Source: Nemertoderma westbladi
Lineage: Eukaryota > Animalia > Xenacoelomorpha
Reading direction: 5' to 3'
DNA length: 64,000 bases
Assembly: GCA_032718475.1 (NCBI GenBank)
Contig: JAUCBJ010006414.1
Coordinates: 1 to 64,000 of the forward strand
Positions 1-7,963 of the stretch are shown here, piece after piece (positions within the stretch are counted from its first letter, which is position 1; each line of letters opens with the position of its first letter). The notes below the pieces were generated by a model. It was not told the origin of the DNA. It saw only the letters and a program-made list of their open reading frames with translations, and ran no database searches. The position numbers were made by a program, and so were the translations under genes.

Positions 1-301
1 AAGTGCGTTTAATCATTACCTAGAAAATATTCCTATATATTGTTTATTAGTGACACCAACGAAATATTTTATAATGGATTTAATTATATTTTTCTTGCCT
101 ACCGGTGCCGTATTTTGTTTATTGGTTCATTGTAATTCGGTTTTAATTAGTACGGTTATTAATAAATGATAGTTATTTGTCAATTAATTGGCCAATATGG
201 TATTCGGTTTGGTTATAACGGTGAGTAAAAATGGAATCCCACCGTCGAAATAATGAAAATATTAGAATGCATGAAAATATTGAAGATTCAATATGTTTTT
301 T

Positions 302-326
302 ATTTAATTTAATTTAATTTAATTTA
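302..326. repeat. (ATTTA)5 microsatellite
   Basis: Five tandem ATTTA units read directly from the sequence. Confidence 0.7.
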
Positions 327-329
327 AGG

Positions 330-960
330 ATTTCAATTCTGAAAACCGCTTAGCGAAACCTCTTTTAGTTCTCGAGTTATCGCTTTATCGTTAGTTATCG
401 TTTTTCTATATGATGGTCTGTCAGTCAAATTGTAAGACAGGCAGACAACTACAGACAGACAAACAGACTAGATTCCAGTAAACCTTAAAATTGACATTGG
501 AATTGATATCAGCGACCCCGAAAACCCCTATAATGAAAGTTTTAGCCCGGTGATGTGCTTCTATCATGCCAGAAATGATTAAGTTCAGTTCTGCCGGGAA
601 GGTTTAAAATTTGAAGGCAATTATCTCGGAATGATAATAATAATAATATTATATTTTTCAAATTACTTCTCCTCCGCCATTTTTAACCAATTTTATTTAT
701 ATCTCGAAAGGATGCGAAAGGGTTTCGGCAGTTTTTTAAAAGTTATCGGTTGGAATTTTTATATTTAATTAATTTTCATAAAAAGGCTATTTTAAATAAA
801 ATTTTAACCGATAACTTTTGTGGAGATTACCTCCGTAATTCGAAAAAAATATGGAACAGATATGAATAAAATCGCCCATGTGAAGAATATCAGGATTTCA
901 CTTTTCTTTCGGTCGACATTTTATTGGAATTTTATATAAGAAGATTTTTTATTTATTTTT
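330..960. mobile_element. Possible relic of a non-autonomous interspersed repeat (Helentron/HINE- or MITE-like)
   Basis: Degenerate (CAGA)n tract at ~435-470 followed by ATCAGCGACCCCGAAAACCCC (~508-528). This motif style is recalled from invertebrate non-autonomous repeats. No termini or TSD found, and boundaries are approximate. Confidence 0.2.
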
Positions 961-1189
961 ATTTATCTTTATTAAGTGTTTTATAGTGCTTATTTCTGTC
1001 TTATTGTATAACTTGTACATACAGCCTGTATACTAATTCGTTTATTGTTTTGGTTAGATTTAGCCCTTCTGTAACCTGTATTTTTGGTGAAAACCTGGTA
1101 TTCTTCACATGGGGTAACTGCAAAGTGAAATATAACGGCAGAAAGTCTGGGCCAATGACATGCCCTCACATGGGCCAATAAAATTGCTA

Positions 1190-1741
1190 AAAAGAAATTT
1201 CGTTGAATTTCATTCATTTTTGACAAAGTTATTGTGGAACAAAAAAATGATATTATTTTGAATTGTTCCTAAAAATTTAAACACCGATATCTCAGAATGA
1301 AGTTTTCTTCATAAAAAAGGCAATTTCTCTGCTAATTTTAACTGAAATGAGTTGAAATTTGGAACACTTGTTCAGAATATCTTTTGTCCATAATTCTTGA
1401 ATAAATTTGGCTTGAAATGCCAAATTCATTTTTAAACCAAAAAGACCCTTTTTGGTCTAAAATGGCCCCAAACCATTTTCATATAAAAAAAATAAAGAAT
1501 AATTGGATGCAAGGGTCTTCTGAACTTATATTCTGAATGTCGACAAATTCCAACAAATATTGGTGGAGAAATAATAGCCTTTGGCGCAAAAAGGCATGCT
1601 TGGCCATTACAGGGCCATTTTGTGGCCAATTTTACGTTTGGCTATTCTTAAACAACCAGACGATGTTTAGTGACCCAAAAATAATTTCCACCCAATTTTA
1701 GGAAATGTGAGGCTACATTTGGGTGTGCTACTCCCCTTTAA
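1190..1741. mobile_element. Possible one-ended fragment of a TTAA-targeting non-autonomous DNA transposon (Kolobok-like end)
   Basis: Ends in ...GTGCTACTCCCCT|TTAA (1738-1741), which reads TTAA-AGGGGAGTAGCAC on the minus strand. There are short internal inverted motifs (TTCAGAATAT ~1371 / ATATTCTGAA ~1529). The partner terminus was not found and the left boundary is approximate. Confidence 0.2.
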
Positions 1742-2343
1742 ATGTGTTTGGGATTCTAACCCCTCAATTTTTATTTTTTTTTTAAATTATATGTAAAATT
1801 TGTATTATCTGTACCTTCAACTTAACGTAACTAGTTAGACATAGTCATTAAACATGTCTAGACTAATCCATAAAAACCTCATTGCAGAGTATCAGTAATT
1901 TGCACTCTGTTATGCTGAGCATTTATTCAGAGACAGTAAGGCAATTATTTATTTACTGATATCGTTTTCTCTTTGTACTGTGCCGAAATCCCTATCAGCC
2001 TACTATATAACGGCTGGTATATATCACGCCTTTTTAGTAGGAAGAACGTGTTGGTAGAAATTTCATTATTATGTTCAGAAATTACAACAATTATTCACTT
2101 CTATAAATTATTCTATATTATATATTCTAATATTATATATATTATAAATTATTAAAGTATCTCGAAGATTGCTGAAAGGGTCTAACTGATGACGGAAAAC
2201 TAATTTGAACTGTGTTTATAACCGTAATTGCACATTGAATGTCACACACCACCAAAACGTGAATTTAAGTTCTATACTATGAAAGCTATAAATATAGTTT
2301 TTCAGAATGCATTTAGTTATGTAGAGTAGAATACAAAACATTT

Positions 2344-2543
2344 CTTAACGGATCCTTAAAGGTGCCTTCTGGTGGATGGTGTAAAATACCTTAACGGAGA
2401 GTCCTCCATTAGTGTACCGGAACTTCGAGACGCTGGCTTCCGTTAGTTAAAGCCGCCGTTAATTTAACTGAGGATTCGTGTCGCTCATAATTTTAGTTAA
2501 CAGTGCCGTTAGCACTAACGGAGCTTCTTGTCGCCCGCCCCTG
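2344..2543. mobile_element. Possible terminal fragment of a hAT-like MITE with repeated TAACGG subterminal motifs
   Basis: TTAACGG/CCGTTA occurs about six times in 200 bp. The segment ends in GCCCGCCCCTG (reverse complement CAGGGGCGGGC, a hAT-style CAGGG terminus). The other terminus was not seen. Confidence 0.25.
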
Positions 2544-2630
2544 GTCTGTTAGTTTAGTGTGATGAATGGGCTTACTTTTTTGTTTTAATTTGAATTAAGC
2601 CAAGAATAGAAAACAATGCATAATTTGCAA

Positions 2631-3479
2631 TAGGGTTTAAAAAAAACACAATGGGTTGTTTCGAAACACAGTTTTTTTACAGATAAAAAAACTGTTTTTT
2701 TTAAACAAAGACTGCATAAATAATGAGCTATAAATGCACGGTATACCTATAACTCACACCACTACTCCCACATACTGTATGTAGTAATACAGTAATACTG
2801 TAGGCCTAAGCTTTCAGTTGAGCAGGTGATCTGAACAGCCGCCAGCTCTTCATGCACCCCAAGGCATGGAACCGGCTCGTCGCTCATTGTGTAAACCAGT
2901 TGATGTTGATTTCATTCAATCGCTGCCTGGAGTCAACTGCAGCTGCTAAGACGATGGAAAGGGTGGTTGTGGCCTACTGTAGCACTGCTTCCGAGTGGCT
3001 AAGAGCAGTGATGCAAGACTGAAATTGCTACATTAAATTCTGAAATTTGAAAATCCGCGTAATTGCAAAAATACGCGGCGTATCTTCCGCGTAAATTCGG
3101 AGCAATTCCAGTCTGGCAGTGATGTCGCGGTGGTTCCTGTACAGTCCGAGGACTGTGATAAGATTGACGAGGATGGGAGTGACAGTGACTGGACTGATTG
3201 TGATTATGTTTCTGTGCAGTTTGATATTACTGTCAGTACGGTAGTGTGAGTGTTGCTGTTGGTGTCAGGGTAGGTCATTGTACAATAAATTGTAAAAGAA
3301 AATATTAAATATCATAACAGTCATAATATAAATATTGTATAACATTTATTTCATAGACTTCCTGTGGGCCTTAAAAATACCAGATAGTGACATTGAAGTA
3401 ATTTAGGCTTATAAAAAACATAAAAAACATAAAAAAACGCTTTAAACAAATTTTGAAAATCTTGTTTTTTTAAACCCTA
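2631..3479. mobile_element. Non-autonomous hAT-superfamily DNA transposon (849 bp)
   Basis: TIRs TAGGGTTTAAAAAAAAC (2631-) and GTTTTTTTAAACCCTA (-3479). Perfect 8-bp target-site duplication ATTTGCAA at 2623-2630 and 3480-3487. TAGGG ends with an 8-bp TSD are hAT hallmarks. A-rich subterminal repeats flank a more GC-rich interior. Confidence 0.85.
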
Positions 3480-3732
3480 ATTTGCAATAATTAATAAAAT
3501 TTAAATATGCGGTACAGATACAGTATATTAAAATCAGTAAATTAATAATATTTATATTATATAAAAAGTCCGGTTTATTGTTATCGGACATCCATAGGTG
3601 AGGGATTTTGAGTTCCCCGGACAGCTAGTGAGTTGGTAAATACCAGCCTTTGCTCTACATAAGCGGCAACATCAGTTGTTCTCATTAGGATGGTGGTACC
3701 CCGAGTAAAGGCAAATGTGGAAGTTAAACCCA

Positions 3733-5040
3733 TGGCGGGTATACCTGGTGACCAACCAAGTGGTGGGTATACCTGGTGACCACGTGGCGGGTATACCTGG
3801 TGACCACGTGGCGGGTATACCTGGTGACCTCGTGGCGGGTATACCTGGTGACGTCGTGGCGGGTATACCTGGTGATCTCGTGGCGGGTATACCTGGTGAC
3901 CACGTGGCGGGTATACCTGGTGACCACGTGGCGGGTATACCTGGTGACCTCGTGGTGGGTATACCTGGTGACCACGTGGCGGGTATACCTGGTAACCTCG
4001 TGGTGGGTATACCTGGTGACCTCGTGGCGGGTATACCTGGTGACCAACCAAGTGGTGGGTATACCTGGTGACCACGTGGCGGGTATACCTGGAGACCACG
4101 TGGCGGGTATACCTGGTGACCTTGTGGCGGGTATACCTGGTGACCTCGTGGCGGGTATACCTGGTGACCTCGTGGCGGGTATACCTGGTGACCTCGTGGC
4201 GGGTATACCTGGTGACCTCGTGGCGGGTATACCTGGTGACCTCGTGGCGGGTATACCTGGTGACCTCGTGGCGGGTATACCTGGTGACCTCGTGGCGGGT
4301 ATACCTGGTGACCTCGTGGCGGGTATACCTGGTGACCTTGTGGCGGGTATACCTGGTGACCTCGTGGCGGGTATACCTGGTGACCTCGTGGCGGGTATAC
4401 CTGGTGACCTCGTGGCGGGTATACCTGGTGACCTCGTGGCGGGTATACCTGGTGACCTCGTGGCGGGTATACCTGGTGACCTCGTGGCGGGTATACCTGG
4501 TGACCTCGTGGCGGGTATACCTGGTGACCTCGTGGCGGGTATACCTGGTGACCTCGTGGCGGGTATACCTGGTGACCTCGTGGCGGGTATACCTGGTGAC
4601 CTCGTGGCGGGTATACCTGGTGACCTCGTGGCGGGTATACCTGGTGACCTCGTGGCGGGTATACCTGGTGACCTCGTGGCGGGTATACCTGGTGACCTCG
4701 TGGCGGGTATACCTGGTGACCTCGTGGCGGGTATACCTGGTGACCTCGTGGTTGGTATACCTGGTGACCTCGTGGTGGGTATACCTGGTGACCTCGTGGC
4801 GGGTATACCTGGTGACCAACCAAGTGGTGGGTATACCTGGTGACCACGTGGCGGGTATACCTGGAGACCACGTGGCGGGTATACCTGGTGACCTCGTGGC
4901 GGGTATACCTGGTGACCCCGTGGCGGGTATACCTGGTGACCTCGTGGTGGGTATACCTGGTGACCACGTGGCGGGTATACCTGGTAACCTCGTGGCGGGT
5001 ATACCTGGTGACCTCGTGGTGGGCATACCTGGTGACCATG
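3733..5040. repeat. 24-bp GC-rich minisatellite (GGTATACCTGGTGACCTCGTGGCG)n, ~54 copies
   Basis: Directly visible tandem unit with 15/24 GC. The centre (~4140-4740) is nearly invariant, while the edges carry variants (CACGTG, GGTGGG, 28-bp ACCAACCAAG units at ~3751, ~4043, ~4815). Confidence 0.97.
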
Positions 5041-5230
5041 TAGCGACTCGTTTGTAGTATTTCTTAAACTCATCGGACATGACAAGGCTCATTGATTACT
5101 GAAGGTCCATTGCTAGTGGCAATTGTTCGCATAAAGAATATACCATACAGTTGCGGGGGATGGGTGCAATCTCCGCCCGCGGGAAATCTTCGCCCGCGTC
5201 CAACCTTCGCACCGGGGTTGTGGAAACCAA

Positions 5231-6164
5231 TTGTTACCAATCGAGGGAAAGGAGCAGGTTACAGACACGGTTGTTTCTAACCAAAACAATAAACAATGTT
5301 GCTCCCAATTGAGGGAAAGAAGCACGTAGACACGGCTTTTTCTATCCAAAACAATAAACGAAGTTGCTACCAATTGAGGGAAAGGAGCAGGTTACAGAGA
5401 TGGCTTTTTATAAGTTAAACAATAAACGATGTTGTTAACAATGGAGGGAAAGGAGCAGGTTACAGACACCTTACCAAAACAATAAACGATGTTGCTACCA
5501 ATAGAGGGAAAGGTGCAGGTTACAGACACGGCTTTTTCTAACCAAAACAATAAACGATGTTGTTACCAATTGAGGGAAAGGAGCAGGTTACAGACACCTT
5601 ACCAAAACAATAAACGATGTTGCTACCAATAGAGGGAAAGGTGCAGGTTACAGACACGGCTTTTTCTAACCAAAACAATAAACGATGTTGTTACCAATTG
5701 AGGGAAAGGAGCAGGTTACAGACACCTCACCAAAACAATAAACGATGTTGCTACCAATAGAGGGAAAGGAGCAGGTTACAGAGATTGCTTTTTCTACGCA
5801 AAACAATAAGCGATGTTGTTACCAATAGAGAGAAAGGAGCAGGTTACAGAGATGCCTTTTTCTAAGCAAAACAATAAACGATGTTATTAACTATGGAGGG
5901 AAAGGAGCAGGTTACAGACACTTATTTTTCTAACCAAAACAATAAACGATGTTGCTACCAATAGAGAGAAAGGAGCAGGTTACAGAGATGGCTTTTTCTA
6001 AGTAAAACAATATACGATGTTATTAACTATGGAGGGAAAGGAGCAGGTTACAGACACTTATTTTCTAACCAAAACAATAAACGATGTTGCTACCAATAGA
6101 GGGAAAGGAGCAGGTTACAGAGATTGCTTTTTCTAAGCAAAACAATAAACGATGTTGTTACCAA
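5231..6164. repeat. 60/68-bp minisatellite, left block (~14 units)
   Basis: Unit GAGGGAAAGGAGCAGGTTACAGACAC(GGCTTTTTCTA|CTT)ACCAAAACAATAAACGATGTTG(T/C)TACCAAT(T/A). Unit starts at 5444, 5504, 5572, 5632, 5700 and 5760 show 60/68 alternation. Confidence 0.95.
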
Positions 6165-6328
6165 TTACCGGCAGGTATGTCGGTGCCAAAGTATGTAAAA
6201 AACTAAAAAGCAACAAGACCTAGACGTTGCATGCAATCAGTGATCAGCTGACAGCAGCTAGCTGATCGGTAGGTTTTGCCCCGCAGCTGACGGCATTCTC
6301 AGGAGGCCAAGCCAGGAAATGTACAGGG

Positions 6329-6735
6329 ATGACTGCCCTTTCAACGGCATGGTATCGCAAGCCTACAGATAGTGGGCTCGTTCTCAATGCCACTGCGTGT
6401 GCCTCTGACTCTTACAAACGCGGTGTATAGTTCGAGGTACAGTGTATTCCATCGCATGAGGATGCTAAGAATATTCTTAGCAATCATCAATGCAACCAAT
6501 AACTGATGCTGTGGTCAAGCATGCGCTATTCGCAGTTCAAACCGCTAGGGGGCGTCCAAGTAGTGGTTTTGGGGGCAAGGCACAACAGTTGTCCCCACCG
6601 AGGTCAGTGACCCGGTGGACCAGGCAGCTGCTGATGACTGAAAGCCAATTATCTGTAAGTTCGAGTACCGAGGTGGGGCAACCGATCTGTTTGTTCGAAA
6701 GTTGCGTGGACTTATACCCAGATCTTGCACACGGC
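6329..6735 (+). pseudogene. PLE reverse-transcriptase thumb / GIY-YIG C-terminal remnant (frameshifted, deleted)
   Basis: 6329-6430 reads MTALSTAWYRKPTDSGLVLNATACASDSYKRGV*, matching the PLE thumb motif (W/V)YRKPTxTGxxLNxxSxxPxxxKRxV. After shifts it continues VRGTVYSI and DAKNILSNHQ (cf. AKxILxxNxYP), then DAVVKHAL (cf. SAVAEH) and RQLLMTES (cf. RxxxE[AS]). Confidence 0.75.
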
Positions 6736-6809
6736 CAGTTCGGTTCGTTTTCACTGCTCGTTCTGTCTCCCTTTGTGAAGTTCTCTCTACATTTTCCTGG
6801 CTTGGCCTC

Positions 6810-6895
6810 CTGAGAATGCCTTCATTTGCGAGGAGAAACCAACCGATCAGCTGGCTGCTGTCAGCTGATCACTGATTGCATGCAACGTCTAGGTC
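6810..6895 (+). ncRNA. Degenerate hammerhead-ribozyme-like motif in the PLE pseudo-LTR
   Basis: CTGAGAA-TGCC...AGGA-GAAACC at 6810-6840. The inverted copy reads CTGAGAATGCC...GGGC-AAAACCTA. A downstream TAGGTC (6890-6895) could close stem III with a GUC triplet. The core deviates from CUGANGA and stem I is not evident. Confidence 0.3.
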
Positions 6896-7027
6896 TTGTT
6901 GCTTTTTAGTTTTTTACATACTTTGGTACTAACACACCTACAGGTAAGGTTTTTTACTTAACGTGCTTGATAAATAAATAAAATACAATTTACTCTTTAT
7001 TATTGGATTTTCAAGCTTCTACTTCAA

Positions 7028-7385
7028 TTGTTACCAAATGAGGGAAAGGAGCAGGTTACAGACACCTTACCAAAACAATAAACGATGTTGCTACCAATAG
7101 AGGGAAAGGAGCATGTTATAGAGATGGCTTTTTCTAACCAAAACAATAAACGATGTTGTTACCAATTGAGGGAAAGGAGCAGGTTACAGACACCTTACCA
7201 AAACAATAAACGATGTTGCTACCAATAGAGGGAAAGGAGCAGGTTACAGAGATGGCTTTTTCTAACCAAAACAATAAACGATGTTGCTACCAATAGAGGG
7301 AAAGGAGCATGTTATAGAGATGGCTTTTTCTAACCAAAACAATAAACGATGTTGTTAACAATGGAGGGAAAGGAGCAGGTTACAG
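7028..7385. repeat. 60/68-bp minisatellite, right block (~5 units)
   Basis: Same unit and orientation as 5231-6164. Unit starts at ~7040, 7100, 7168, 7228, 7296 and 7364. Confidence 0.95.
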
Positions 7386-7963
7386 GGTAACTAACCACAT
7401 GCATGAGTCATGTGATGTGAATGTTCTGTGTTCAAACCCCGATCGAGCGGGTCTTTTTGTTAAAATTAAAGTTTATTCAGTTTCGTTTTGAATCTATCAA
7501 TAACAACAGCCAGATTCTGGGTTTTCTTTTTAGTAACAAATGTTGTGGAAACGAAATATAATTTATTAAATACATCTATAATATTAATAATATCGCGTGT
7601 TTATTAACCTACATAATGGAATAATTAATTTAAATTTGGCCACCGATAAGATTATTATTTCCATTAAAAAATTTTAAATCATTAAGATGCCGTATTCAGA
7701 TTGGTTAAAATGCATATATAACCTTTGGGATAATAATAATATACTGTAATACACAATATATATAACCATGGCATGGTTGATGCTAATAAATCTATCCTTA
7801 TTATACTGTATATTTATTAATATAGTGTAAATAATTGTAAGTATAAGCAATAATTATATGATATCCTATAGTTACTATAGTTACCTGATTACACATTCAA
7901 TTAGTAATTAAGTTTCAAAGGCACCCAACTGAATTTCACGTAAATGACAAGAATATTATTAAT

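Larger units (their letters stand above)
6165..7027 (+). mobile_element. Degenerate, internally deleted Penelope-like retroelement (PLE) with 5' inverted pseudo-LTR
   Basis: ~160-bp inverted repeats (6165-~6324 vs ~6787-6947) plus an unpaired ~80-bp AT-rich 3' tail containing AATAAA. The interior translates to PLE RT-thumb and GIY-YIG C-terminal-like motifs. Flanked by TTGTTACCAA at 6155-6164 and 7028-7037. Confidence 0.75.

Noticed and set aside
2186-2215. CTGATGA hammerhead core-like motif
   Set aside because: No properly placed GAAA and no convincing stems II/III.
3581-5092. Overlapping 330-500 aa ORFs (SPGIPATR, VAGIPGDL, HQVYPPRG, VTRYTRHE), superficially collagen/mucin-like
   Set aside because: Translation of a 24-bp repeat that is open in five frames. 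The 28-bp variant units shift frames, and there is no Gly-X-Y periodicity or signal peptide.
5092-5145. TEGPLLVAIVRIKN resembles aGPCR N-terminal SDGPLLIALISIND
   Set aside because: Only ~14 aa, and similarity does not extend on either side (stop codon just upstream). It also conflicts with the alternative minus-strand integrase reading. Likely chance unless tBLASTn with paralogs extends it.
7425-7455. GTTCAAACCCC B-box-like motif (tRNA/SINE)
   Set aside because: No A-box at suitable spacing and no cloverleaf. Insufficient for a tRNA or SINE call.
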